A DNA stretch of 64,000 nt from an uncultured Saprospiraceae bacterium (GTDB lineage Bacteria; Bacteroidota; Bacteroidia; Chitinophagales; Saprospiraceae), in assembly GCA_964405735.1 (NCBI GenBank), contig CAYOPD010000006.1, forward strand, positions 4,796 to 68,795, written 5' to 3'. Shown here one piece after another: positions 18,150 to 27,494 of this stretch. The position numbers and the translations under genes were made by a program. Within the stretch, counting starts at the first letter, position 1. Every line of letters starts with the position of its first letter. Under the pieces are notes generated by a model. The model was not told where the DNA came from and did no database searches. It saw nothing but the letters and a program-made list of their open reading frames with translations.

Positions 18150-19124
18150 ATGAAATCAAGAAGGAAATTTATAAAGACCCTGGGAGCAGGAGCATTCCTG
18201 GCCCCGACCATTTTACCGGGCCTGAAGGATAATACCGGAAGGATGGCCTTTAAACCCATTCGTATCGGGATCATCGGGGCGGAAAATTCACATACCGCCG
18301 CCTTTGGCAAATTATTCAATATCGATAAAAAATTTCCCGGGGTGGAGGTGACGATGGTTTGGGGAGAAACCGATGAATATGCCCAAAAGTCCATGAAAGC
18401 GGGCAATATCCCAATCCAGGTCAAAGACCCGGCTGAAATGATGGGGAAGATCGATGCCCTCATCGTGGACCATCGCCATGCCAAATACCATCTTGAACCG
18501 GCCCGGCCTTTTGTGGAAGCCGGGATCCCGTCCTTCATCGATAAACCCTTTTGTTACCGGGCCTCGGAAGGATTGGCCTTTCTTCAAATGGCGAGGAAAA
18601 GGGGGACTGCAGTGACTTCTTACAGTTCCATAGCACACAGCGATACTACACTGGACCTGAGAGCGCAGGTAAATGCCATGCCGGATATCAGCCAGGTCAT
18701 CATTACCGGTCCCGTTGACCCGGACTCGCCATATGGCGGGATCTTCTTTTATGGGGTACATATGGTAGAGCCGCTGATGGCGGTTTTCGGGGAAGACATC
18801 CAGGCGGTAAAGGTCAGCCGTGGTGGAAAAGCAGGGAATGCTCTATTGAAATTCACCTCCGGGCTCACCGCCACTTTTATTTTTAAAACCAAAGCTTACG
18901 GATGGGAAACCTATGTGGAGACCAGCAAAGCCATGATCGAGCTTAAACCCAAGGTAAAAGAGAAAGACCCACCCAGGGCGGATGCCGATATGGTCGAAAT
19001 GTTCTCGACAGGAAAAGAACCCAGGTCACATCAGAGCATACTGAATGGAATATCTGTCCTGGAAGCCCTGGAAAAATCAGTCCAGACCGAAAAATGGACA
19101 GATGTGGAATACCTGAACATCTGA
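18150..19124 (+). CDS. Gfo/Idh/MocA-like oxidoreductase with twin-arginine signal
   Basis: 'SRRKFIKTLGAGAFLA' is a TAT motif. 'IRIGIIGAENSHT' and 'FIDKPF' fit the EKP-like position. Confidence 0.75.
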   Translation: MKSRRKFIKTLGAGAFLAPTILPGLKDNTGRMAFKPIRIGIIGAENSHTAAFGKLFNIDKKFPGVEVTMVWGETDEYAQKSMKAGNIPIQVKDPAEMMGKIDALIVDHRHAKYHLEPARPFVEAGIPSFIDKPFCYRASEGLAFLQMARKRGTAVTSYSSIAHSDTTLDLRAQVNAMPDISQVIITGPVDPDSPYGGIFFYGVHMVEPLMAVFGEDIQAVKVSRGGKAGNALLKFTSGLTATFIFKTKAYGWETYVETSKAMIELKPKVKEKDPPRADADMVEMFSTGKEPRSHQSILNGISVLEALEKSVQTEKWTDVEYLNI

Positions 19125-19133
19125 GGATGAGTT

Positions 19134-20381
19134 ATGAAAGGGAAAATGCGTATTCCGTCCATCCTGGCCGTTCCGGTTTTTGTATTATTATCTGCCCTGA
19201 TGAATGAATGGACCGCCCAGGAAGCAGTCGAAGGCTTGCATTATGCAACCGGCCAACCGGTCCGCATTGAGTTCAGCGGAAGCAAAATTAAATCAATCAA
19301 AAAAATCAAAAAGTTGTCCGGCCCGGCCAGGGTGTATCTAGCGCCCGGTTTTTTTGATAACCAGGTAAACGGATTTGCAGGCATTTCCTTTTCCTTTGGA
19401 AACAGCGACCTGAGGCCGGATGATATCCTGAAGGCGACCCGGGAGTTATGGAAAAAAGGAGTGACCTCCTATTTGCCCACCCTGACGACCCATAGCCACG
19501 AAGTACTGATGAAGAACTTCGAAGTACTGAGCCAGACTTATTCGGGGGATTCTCTGCTGGGGTCCATACCGGGCTTTCATCTGGAAGGTCCCTATATCAA
19601 TCCGGAAGACGGCTACCGTGGAGCCCATCCCAAAGCCTTCGTACGCCTTCCGGATTGGGATGAGTTTATGAAATTATACCATGCCTCCGGAAAGAAAATT
19701 TTGCAGGTAACCCTTGCCCCTGAATTGGATGGGGCCATGGATTTTATTAAAAAATGTAAGGAATTGGGCGTCACGGTTGCCATCGGACATCACAATGCCA
19801 ACCGGAGCCAGGTGGATGAAGCCGTTAAATATGGGGCCAGGATAGTCACCCATTTGGGAAATGGTTGTGCGAATACGATCAACCGGCATATCAATCCCTT
19901 GTGGCCGCAACTGTCCAATGACGGACTCATGATCAGCATCATCTGCGATGGATTCCATTTAAATGAAGAAGAGATCCGCGTTTTTTACAAAGTAAAAGGA
20001 CCGGGCATGACGGTCATTACGTCAGACGTCACCAGTTACGCCGCCCTCGAGCCCGGAGAATACAAAACCCAGACCGGGGAGACGATTGAACTTACTCGGG
20101 AAGGAATGCTGAGGTATCCCGCGCAAAATGTGATGTATGGTTCCGCCTCGCCCATCACCAAAGGGGTGGGCCACATCATGAAAGCGACCGGATGCTCCCT
20201 GTCAGAAGCAGTTCAAATGGCCAGCACCAACCCGGCGCAACTTTACGGCCTTACCGATCGGGGAAAACTGGAAAAAGGCCTGCGCGGAGACCTGGTCTTG
20301 TTTACCCTGGAAGATTTTAATATCACGATTCAAAAGACCTATGTTCAGGGGATACGGGTGTATGACCGCAATCATCCTTAA
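19134..20381 (+). CDS. nagA: NagA-like amidohydrolase (N-acetylglucosamine-6-phosphate deacetylase family), N-terminal hydrophobic extension possible
   Basis: 'LAPGFFDNQVNGFAGISF' matches the E. coli-type NagA 'PGFIDVQLNG' motif. 'GFHLEGPYIN' and 'VAIGHHNA' also fit. Residues 5-22 ('RIPSILAVPVFVLLSAL') look like a signal or anchor. An alternative Met at 19200 would remove it. Confidence 0.8.
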   Translation: MKGKMRIPSILAVPVFVLLSALMNEWTAQEAVEGLHYATGQPVRIEFSGSKIKSIKKIKKLSGPARVYLAPGFFDNQVNGFAGISFSFGNSDLRPDDILKATRELWKKGVTSYLPTLTTHSHEVLMKNFEVLSQTYSGDSLLGSIPGFHLEGPYINPEDGYRGAHPKAFVRLPDWDEFMKLYHASGKKILQVTLAPELDGAMDFIKKCKELGVTVAIGHHNANRSQVDEAVKYGARIVTHLGNGCANTINRHINPLWPQLSNDGLMISIICDGFHLNEEEIRVFYKVKGPGMTVITSDVTSYAALEPGEYKTQTGETIELTREGMLRYPAQNVMYGSASPITKGVGHIMKATGCSLSEAVQMASTNPAQLYGLTDRGKLEKGLRGDLVLFTLEDFNITIQKTYVQGIRVYDRNHP

Positions 20382-20425
20382 TACGGTTGATTTTGCCGGA
20401 AACCCGAATACCACAAAGTGCCATC

Positions 20426-21661
20426 ATGAAAAATCTATTTAAAAAAATCTCACTAGCCCTTGCTGCGGTCGGGCCGGGACTGTTTTTAATTGGTTATAAT
20501 ATTGGGACCGGGAGTGTCACGACTATGGCCAAATCGGGAGCGGACCATGGGATGTCCCTTTTCTGGGCCCTGGTCCTGTCCTGCGTCTTTACCTATATCC
20601 TGATGGTGGCTTATGGAAGGTTGACCCTGGTAACCGGCAGGACCCCGCTTTTTAATTTTAAACATGAATTCAAATATGGGTGGATCCTGGCTTTGTATGT
20701 CCTGATGGCCCTGGTGGTGGGAGAGTTGTTTGCGCTGATCGGAGTCACGGGTATTGTGGCCGATCTGTTGCAGGAAGGCATTAGAATCGTTTCGGGCGGA
20801 ACGGTCATTCACACCGGGTGGATCATCCTGGTCATTGTGATCCTGATGTATATTCTGTTGTGGTTTGGACGGTACAAACAGTTTGAAAAAGTGCTCACGG
20901 CCATCGTGGTATTGATGGGGCTTTGTTTTGTGCTTGTCTTTTTTATGCTGAAACCGGACCTGGCCAGCATCCTTCTCGGAATGGTTCCCCGGATCCCGGA
21001 CACACCGGGAGCGCTTGGACTGATCGCGGCGATGGCTGGCACCACCTGTTCGGCCGCCGTGTTTATTGTTCGTGGTACGGTGGTCGCAGAGAAAGGCTGG
21101 ACGGTGAAAGACCTGCCGGCTGAAAAAAGAGATTCATTCGTATCCGCGTTCATGATGTTGTTTCTAAGCGGTATCATCATGGCGGTTTCCGCGGGTACCC
21201 TTCATGTCATGGGCTTGAAACTCAACAATACCGTCGAGATGATCCACCTTTTCCAGCCCCTGGGTGGTAAGGCCGCGGCACTGATCCTCATTCTGGGTGT
21301 GACCGGAGCCGGACTTTCGACGATCTTCCCTATTGTGCTCATCGCGCCCTGGCTGGTCAGTGATTATTTGGGTAAACCAAGGGACCTCCGGTCTCCCATG
21401 TTCCGCTGGCTGATTTTATTGGGTTTGTTTTTTGCTTTCGGCACCTTGTTCCTTGAACAAAAAGCCCCTGCCCTCATGATTTTTTCACAGGCTTTCCAGG
21501 CTTGTATATTGCCCGCGGTGGCCATTCCCGCCTTTATTCTTCTGAACCGGCAAAACACCATGAAGGAGTTCACCGCCGGATGGAAAATGAACCTGGGGGT
21601 CATTGCGGTCATCCTGTTTTCATTTCTCACCACCTGGTTTGCAATACTCGATATATTTTAG
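20426..21661 (+). CDS. NRAMP-family (APC/LeuT-fold) transporter lacking the canonical metal-binding motifs
   Basis: It aligns along its length with MntH ('GPGLFLIGYNIGTGS...', 'GMVPRIPDTPGALGLIAAMAGTTCSAAVF'). However, DPGN is replaced by NIGTG and MPH by CSA. Trimmed to the Met at 20426. Confidence 0.75.
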   Translation: MKNLFKKISLALAAVGPGLFLIGYNIGTGSVTTMAKSGADHGMSLFWALVLSCVFTYILMVAYGRLTLVTGRTPLFNFKHEFKYGWILALYVLMALVVGELFALIGVTGIVADLLQEGIRIVSGGTVIHTGWIILVIVILMYILLWFGRYKQFEKVLTAIVVLMGLCFVLVFFMLKPDLASILLGMVPRIPDTPGALGLIAAMAGTTCSAAVFIVRGTVVAEKGWTVKDLPAEKRDSFVSAFMMLFLSGIIMAVSAGTLHVMGLKLNNTVEMIHLFQPLGGKAAALILILGVTGAGLSTIFPIVLIAPWLVSDYLGKPRDLRSPMFRWLILLGLFFAFGTLFLEQKAPALMIFSQAFQACILPAVAIPAFILLNRQNTMKEFTAGWKMNLGVIAVILFSFLTTWFAILDIF

Positions 21662-21716
21662 TGTAGTCAGGAGTCAGTGATCAACCGGTTGTCTTTTAAA
21701 ATGCGGAATTGAAATA

Positions 21717-22481
21717 ATGATTAAAGAGTTTACATCAGATGCACTGCGAATTAAAATATTTGAAAATTCGGATACCTTGGGGAAGGCCGCCTCAGGAATG
21801 GTTGCAAGGCAACTGCATGATGTGATTGGGAAAAAAGGTCATGCCAATCTGATCCTTGCTACCGGTGCCTCTCAATTCTCCTTCCTCGGGCATCTTCAGA
21901 AAGAAACGATTGACTGGAAAAAAATCACGGTGTTCCACCTGGATGAATACCTGGGCATACCGGAAGCCCACCCGGCCAGTTTTCGGAAATACCTGAAAGA
22001 AAGGATCCTTGAAAAAGTGCAGCCCGGGCAGGTTCATTACCTGGATGGAGATGCAGCCGATATAGCCGCAGAAGCCTCCAGGTATGAAGCGTTGCTGAAG
22101 GATCATCCCATTGACCTGGCCTGCATCGGGATCGGTGAAAACGGGCATATCGCTTTTAACGATCCACCGGTTGCAGATTTTGATGATCCGCGGCTCGTCA
22201 AGGTAGTGGCCCTGGACCAGGCTTGCCGTATGCAGCAATTGGGAGAGGGTTGGTTCCCAAGCCTTGAGGAAGTTCCCACCCATGCCTTAACCCTGACCAT
22301 ACCTGCGATCATGTCCTGCTCCAGAATCAGTTGTGTGGTGCCCGACGAAAGAAAGGCAAAGGCAGTGTATGAGACCGTCAAAGGAGAAATTTCAACGGCT
22401 TGCCCGGCAAGTATTTTACGCCGGCACCCGGATGCGGATTTATACCTCGATCTGTATTCAGCTAAATTATTGATTGACTAA
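21717..22481 (+). CDS. nagB: Glucosamine-6-phosphate deaminase/isomerase family protein (NagB-like)
   Basis: 'NLILATGASQFSFL', 'FHLDEYLGI' and 'IGIGENGHIAFNDP' are hallmark NagB/6-phosphogluconolactonase family motifs. Confidence 0.85.
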   Translation: MIKEFTSDALRIKIFENSDTLGKAASGMVARQLHDVIGKKGHANLILATGASQFSFLGHLQKETIDWKKITVFHLDEYLGIPEAHPASFRKYLKERILEKVQPGQVHYLDGDAADIAAEASRYEALLKDHPIDLACIGIGENGHIAFNDPPVADFDDPRLVKVVALDQACRMQQLGEGWFPSLEEVPTHALTLTIPAIMSCSRISCVVPDERKAKAVYETVKGEISTACPASILRRHPDADLYLDLYSAKLLID

Positions 22482-22562
22482 GAGCAACCGGGCTGAGGCG
22501 AGTGAGGACGGCGATACCTTATTCTGTACTCAATGGACACAGGAAAGAAAAATGATCCCAAA

Positions 22563-24326
22563 TTAAGCCGGGACTACTTTGATCCCCAGTTCCTTCAACT
22601 GCTTTTCATCAATCACTGAAGGTGCGTCGATCATCATATCCCTGCCCATATTGTTTTTTGGGAAAGCGATGTAGTCGCGGATGGATGTTTGCCCTTGCAT
22701 CACCGCACACAAGCGGTCGAATCCAAACGCAATTCCTCCATGCGGCGGGGCTCCAAATTCAAAAGCATTCAGTAAAAATCCAAACTGGTCCAGGGCCTGT
22801 TCCGGAGTAAAACCAAGCAGGGAGAAATTTTTTGCCTGCAGGTCACGGTCGTGTATCCGGATCGATCCGCCGCCAATCTCCGTGCCGTTGATCACCAGGT
22901 CATAAGCGTCAGCGCGAATACCGGCAAGCACGGCCCGGTCGTTGCTGGCCATTTTTTCGATATCTCCGGGTTTGGGGGAAGTGAAAGGATGATGCATGGC
23001 AAAAAACCGTCCCGCTTCTTCGTCCCATTCCAGGAGGGGAAAGTCCAGGACCCAAAGTGGTTTAAAATCGCCAGCCTGGATCAGGAAATGTTTTCTGCCC
23101 AGTTCCAGGCGCAATTCCCCGAGTTGTTTGCGGGTCCTCTCCTGCTCACCGGAAAGGATAAAGAGGATATCACCCGGTTTGGCTCCGGTGAATTCCGCCC
23201 AGGCCTGGAGATCTTCTGAGCTGTAAAATTTATCCACACTGGATTTGAAACTGCCATCTTCCAGGCATTTGACATAGATCAGTCCCTTGGCGCCGATCTG
23301 TGGACGCTGGACCCATTCGGTCAGCTCCTTGATTTCTTTATTGGAATAGTGATCCGCTTCTCCGGCCAGGACCAGGGCTCCGATATAGGGCGCATTTTCA
23401 AATATGGAAAATCCTTTGCCTTTGGCCTTTTCGTTCAGCTCGTGGATGGGCATGCCGAACCGCAGGTCTGGTTTGTCGATACCATACAAACGCATGGCAT
23501 CATCATAACTCATCCTGGGGAAGGTGCCCAGATCGATCTCGAGCATGGATAAAAACAAATGGTGGATCAGTCCTTCAAAGGTCTGAAGGATATCTTCCCG
23601 GTGCACAAAAGACATTTCACAATCGATCTGGGTAAACTCCGGCTGCCGGTCGGCCCGGAGGTCTTCGTCCCGGAAACATTTTACGATCTGGAAATATTTG
23701 TCCATCCCGGCGACCATCAATATTTGTTTGAACGTTTGCGGGGACTGCGGCAGTGCATAAAACTGGCCCTGGTTGAGCCGGCTTGGAACCACAAAATCCC
23801 TGGCGCCCTCGGGAGTGCTTTTAATCAGGAAGGGGGTCTCGATCTCTATAAAACCATGTCCGGACATGTATTTCCTGGTCTCCAGTCCGAGTAAAGACCG
23901 GAAAATAATTTTGGATTGTACACTGTGCCTGCGGATATCCAGGTAACGGTATTTCATGCGCAGGTCGTCGCCTCCGTCCGTATCCTCGGTAATGGTAAAA
24001 GGCGGCACCTTGGCTGCATTGAGCACTTCAAGGCTTTGGGCCAGGATTTCAATATCACCAGTGGGCCTTTTCAGGTTTTTGGCGCTCCGTTCCCGCACTT
24101 CTCCGGTGACCCGGATGACATATTCCCGGCCTAGTTTTCTGGCTTCTCCACATAAGGCTGCATCCGAATCCATATTGAATACAAGTTGGGTGATTCCGTA
24201 CCGGTCTCTCAGGTCCATAAAGGTCATGCCGCCAAAGTCCCGGCTGGCATCCACCCACCCGCTTAAGGTCACGGTGTGCCCTGCATGTTCTATCCGCAGC
24301 TCACCACATGTGTGCGTCCTGTACAT
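22563..24326 (-). CDS. aspS: Aspartate--tRNA ligase
   Basis: '[11 protein letters not shown]', 'FMDLRDRYG', '[24 protein letters not shown]' and 'GGGSIRIH'. 587 aa. Confidence 0.97.
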   Translation of the reverse strand: MYRTHTCGELRIEHAGHTVTLSGWVDASRDFGGMTFMDLRDRYGITQLVFNMDSDAALCGEARKLGREYVIRVTGEVRERSAKNLKRPTGDIEILAQSLEVLNAAKVPPFTITEDTDGGDDLRMKYRYLDIRRHSVQSKIIFRSLLGLETRKYMSGHGFIEIETPFLIKSTPEGARDFVVPSRLNQGQFYALPQSPQTFKQILMVAGMDKYFQIVKCFRDEDLRADRQPEFTQIDCEMSFVHREDILQTFEGLIHHLFLSMLEIDLGTFPRMSYDDAMRLYGIDKPDLRFGMPIHELNEKAKGKGFSIFENAPYIGALVLAGEADHYSNKEIKELTEWVQRPQIGAKGLIYVKCLEDGSFKSSVDKFYSSEDLQAWAEFTGAKPGDILFILSGEQERTRKQLGELRLELGRKHFLIQAGDFKPLWVLDFPLLEWDEEAGRFFAMHHPFTSPKPGDIEKMASNDRAVLAGIRADAYDLVINGTEIGGGSIRIHDRDLQAKNFSLLGFTPEQALDQFGFLLNAFEFGAPPHGGIAFGFDRLCAVMQGQTSIRDYIAFPKNNMGRDMMIDAPSVIDEKQLKELGIKVVPA

Positions 24327-24351
24327 ATCTTTCTGTTTTGTTTATATTTCC

Positions 24352-24359
24352 GCAAAGGT
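24352..24359 (-). promoter_or_regulatory. Candidate -7 box (TAnnTTTG) for aspS
   Basis: The minus strand reads 'TACCTTTG', about 25 nt upstream of the aspS ATG. Confidence 0.4.
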
Positions 24360-24620
24360 ATATCAATCGGAAGATATGGATCAGGGACAGGGAACAGGGT
24401 AAATGACGGTTCCGCGCCTGAGGGAGCAGGTATCGTCTTTGGAAAAAAGAGGCCCGCAAGAAACCAATTCCCGGTAGTTTATTGAAATACATGCCCGGAA
24501 GCCTGGTTAAATTAATCCTAATCATCTGAATGGCAAGGATATAACCAGAGTGCACCTTTTGGTTATGAAAATCATTGGGTGCCAGGATAAAAATAAAAGA
24601 TAAAAATATTCATCATTTAA

Positions 24621-24791
24621 ATGATCCACCAGGAGGACGAAGTGCCCAGAGTAAAAATCTCGCGTTACCTCCGCAATAAGTTAAACTTCGATTACAATTA
24701 TCTTTCCAATCTTTATTCAGAGGTAAAAGGCACCACTATCGAACACTTTATCATTGTTCACTCTATCGAGCGGGACCCATCAATGGTATAA
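24621..24791 (+). pseudogene. Possible remnant of an AraC-family HTH gene (56-aa ORF)
   Basis: My own translation is 'MIHQEDEVPRVKISRYLRNKLNFDYNYLSNLYSEVKGTTIEHFIIVHSIERDPSMV*'. The segment 'L..KLNF.YNYLSNL.S.VKG.T...FI...IE' resembles the first HTH plus linker helix of AraC/XylS domains. There is no second HTH, and upstream frames are closed. Confidence 0.25.
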
Positions 24792-25976
24792 TAGGACATC
24801 CTTTACCCTTTCGGCCCAGCCCGGGACGGCCAATAAATCCTCAAGTTCATCCAGGGAGTTTAAAGGATCCTTTTCCAACCAGGCTTTTAACCTTACGTCA
24901 CCGGTCAGCAACTCAAAATGCCTTTCCCCGGACGGATTGACCAGGGTGGGATAAGGCGTCCATTCAAAATACCCGGAATATAGATTCTTCAGCAGGGCCA
25001 ATAAAAGCATACCCGTTTTTACGGGACGATAAACGGCAGCGTCTGACACCAGAAGCCGGATCCCTTCACAAGACTGACTTTTGTATTTTCCCTCCTGTGG
25101 AATGCATTGATAAGGTAAGGCTTCAACCCCCTGGGGAGCATATTGATTAAAAGCATTTGAAAGTTCCTTCGCCTGGATCCAGGGAGCATAGGCCACTTCA
25201 AAGGAGTCAGGACCACCACGGCCTTCACTGATATTGGCAGCCTCCAAAAAACAAAGGCTGGGATAGGTTAAACAAGTAGTTGGGGACAGGATAGCAGGGG
25301 ATGGAGGTTTAAATGGATATTGCCAGTCCAGGATGGTGTCCTTTCTTTCCCAGCCTTGCACATTTATGATTTGCAAAGAAAGTTTGTCCAGATCCATTTC
25401 CTGCTTTAATAAAAGAGCGAGCTCTCCGAGGGTCAGGCAGAACCTTATGGGAATGTTCCACCTCCCGATGAAAGAATGATAGCCCGGCATCATCATGGGG
25501 CCTTCCGTGCGGGAAAAATCTGCCCCCAGGGGATTGGGCCGGTCCAGGATGATTAACGGCAGGTCTTCTTCCGCACACCATTCCATGACGTAAGACATCG
25601 TCCACAGATAGGTATAAAATCTTACACCGGCATTAGGAAGGTCAAGGAGGATGGCATCCGGCAAAGTTTCAAATTCACGGGAGGGCTTGAGTTGATTTCC
25701 ATAAAGGCTGGTCACGGGTATTCCAGTGAGAGGGTCCAGACTGTCAGGTTGGGGGGCGCCGTCCATACCCCTGGCCTGCAAACCATGTTCCGGTGAAAAA
25801 AGCCGAATGATCCGGTACCCAGCCTCAATAAGAGCTTGTTTTATGCCAATACCCGACCTGCTGACCGAAGATTCATTGGTCACAAGACCATAAGACAAGG
25901 ATGTATTTAGTGTTTTCTCCATTAGCAGCCGGTCGATGCCATTGTATAAAACCTTTGTATGGATCGGAGATTCCAT
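24780..25976 (-). CDS. DUF1343 family protein (NamZ-like exo-beta-N-acetylmuramidase family)
   Basis: 'GLVTNESSV', 'LFSPEHG', 'ILLDLPNAGVRFYTYLWTM' and 'IILDRPNPLG' are characteristic DUF1343 blocks. Confidence 0.8.
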   Translation of the reverse strand: MESPIHTKVLYNGIDRLLMEKTLNTSLSYGLVTNESSVSRSGIGIKQALIEAGYRIIRLFSPEHGLQARGMDGAPQPDSLDPLTGIPVTSLYGNQLKPSREFETLPDAILLDLPNAGVRFYTYLWTMSYVMEWCAEEDLPLIILDRPNPLGADFSRTEGPMMMPGYHSFIGRWNIPIRFCLTLGELALLLKQEMDLDKLSLQIINVQGWERKDTILDWQYPFKPPSPAILSPTTCLTYPSLCFLEAANISEGRGGPDSFEVAYAPWIQAKELSNAFNQYAPQGVEALPYQCIPQEGKYKSQSCEGIRLLVSDAAVYRPVKTGMLLLALLKNLYSGYFEWTPYPTLVNPSGERHFELLTGDVRLKAWLEKDPLNSLDELEDLLAVPGWAERVKDVLLYH

Positions 25977-26006
25977 TTTGTATCTTGACCAAAATATTTA
26001 AAATGT

Positions 26007-27434
26007 ATGAAACGGACTATCACCGCCTTGATGTTAGTTTATTCCACAACGATCTTTGGCCAACTTTCCAAAACCGATCTACATCAAAACATCAATGACC
26101 GCTATGAGGAATATTCCGCTATAGCACAATCTATTTGGGAATATGCCGAAGTCGGATTCCAGGAATATAAAAGCAGCAACCTGCTGAAATCCTTGTTGAA
26201 GAAAGAAGGATTTTCAATCGAGGACAGTGTGGCGGGCATGCCCACGGCCTTTATTGCTTCCTATGGCAATGGTAAACCGGTAATCGCCCTGCTTGGAGAA
26301 TTTGACGCCCTGCCGGGGGTTTCCCAGGATAGGGTTCCTTATTTGAAAATTTTAGACGAAAAACAGGCTGGGCATGCCTGTGGGCATCACTTGTTCGGGA
26401 CAGCCTCTGCCGCTGCGGCGATTGAGGTCAAAAACTGGTTGAAATCTTCTAAGGCCAGCGGGACCATCCGTTTTTATGGCAGCCCGGCTGAGGAAGGCGG
26501 TTCCGGCAAGGTATATCTGGTGAGGGAAAACCTGTTCAGGGATGTGGACGCCGTTTTACATTGGCACCCAGCGGATATGAACGGGGCCTCCGCCAGTCCA
26601 TCTTTGGCCAATAAAAATGGCAAGTTCAGGTTCTATGGGGTCTCTTCCCATGCCGCCATGTCTCCGGAGCGGGGAAGGTCAGCGCTGGATGGGGTAGAGG
26701 CCATGGATGCCATGGTCAATATGATGCGGGAACACGTACCCTCCGATGCACGAATACATTATGTGATCACCCGGGGAGGTGAGGCCCCCAATGTGGTGCC
26801 GGCCTTTGCGGAAGTATATTATTATGTAAGGCATCCTAAAGCGGAGACGGTGAATTCCATCTGGGAAAGAATTGAAAAAGCGGCCCAGGGTGCCGCCATG
26901 GGGACGGAAACCCGGGTGGAGTGGGAAATCACAGGTGGGGTATACAACCTGCTCAACAATGCGGCGCTCTCCGGCCTGATGGATAAAAACCTCAGGCTCG
27001 TTGGCGGGTATACCTATTCCCCGGAAGAAAAGGCTTTTGCCGAAAAAATTCAATCCACTTTTAAGGGAAATTTGAAAGAACTCTCAAGCACGGCGGTGAT
27101 AACTCCTTTTACGGTCAGTGAGATTCCATGGCCGGCATCCACAGATGTAGGTGATGTCAGTTGGGTAGTGCCCACCGCCGGACTGAGCACGGCGACCTGG
27201 GTGCCCGGTACTGCAGCGCACAGCTGGCAGGCCGTTGCCGCCGGAGGGACCTCCATCGGTATAAAAGGAATGATGGTGGCCGCCAAAACACTGGCGGGCA
27301 CTGCCGTGGATTTATTCAATGCGAGCGCTTTGATCGGGGAGGCCTGGAAAGAACTAAATGGCCGCCGGGGGGACAAATTTGAATATAAACCTATGCTTGG
27401 AAGCCGTAAACCCGCCCTGGACTATAGGAATTAA
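26007..27434 (+). CDS. M20 family metallopeptidase/amidohydrolase (AbgB-like), secreted
   Basis: Signal peptide. 'LLGEFDALPG', 'GHACGHHLFG' and 'GSPAEEGG' fit the M20D/AbgB-like metal-ligand pattern. Confidence 0.8.
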   Translation: MKRTITALMLVYSTTIFGQLSKTDLHQNINDRYEEYSAIAQSIWEYAEVGFQEYKSSNLLKSLLKKEGFSIEDSVAGMPTAFIASYGNGKPVIALLGEFDALPGVSQDRVPYLKILDEKQAGHACGHHLFGTASAAAAIEVKNWLKSSKASGTIRFYGSPAEEGGSGKVYLVRENLFRDVDAVLHWHPADMNGASASPSLANKNGKFRFYGVSSHAAMSPERGRSALDGVEAMDAMVNMMREHVPSDARIHYVITRGGEAPNVVPAFAEVYYYVRHPKAETVNSIWERIEKAAQGAAMGTETRVEWEITGGVYNLLNNAALSGLMDKNLRLVGGYTYSPEEKAFAEKIQSTFKGNLKELSSTAVITPFTVSEIPWPASTDVGDVSWVVPTAGLSTATWVPGTAAHSWQAVAAGGTSIGIKGMMVAAKTLAGTAVDLFNASALIGEAWKELNGRRGDKFEYKPMLGSRKPALDYRN

Positions 27435-27494
27435 AGGTTCGGGGGTTGTCCTTTTTAATAAAATATCCAGTTTGAAACCTTCTAATAAGTCGGT

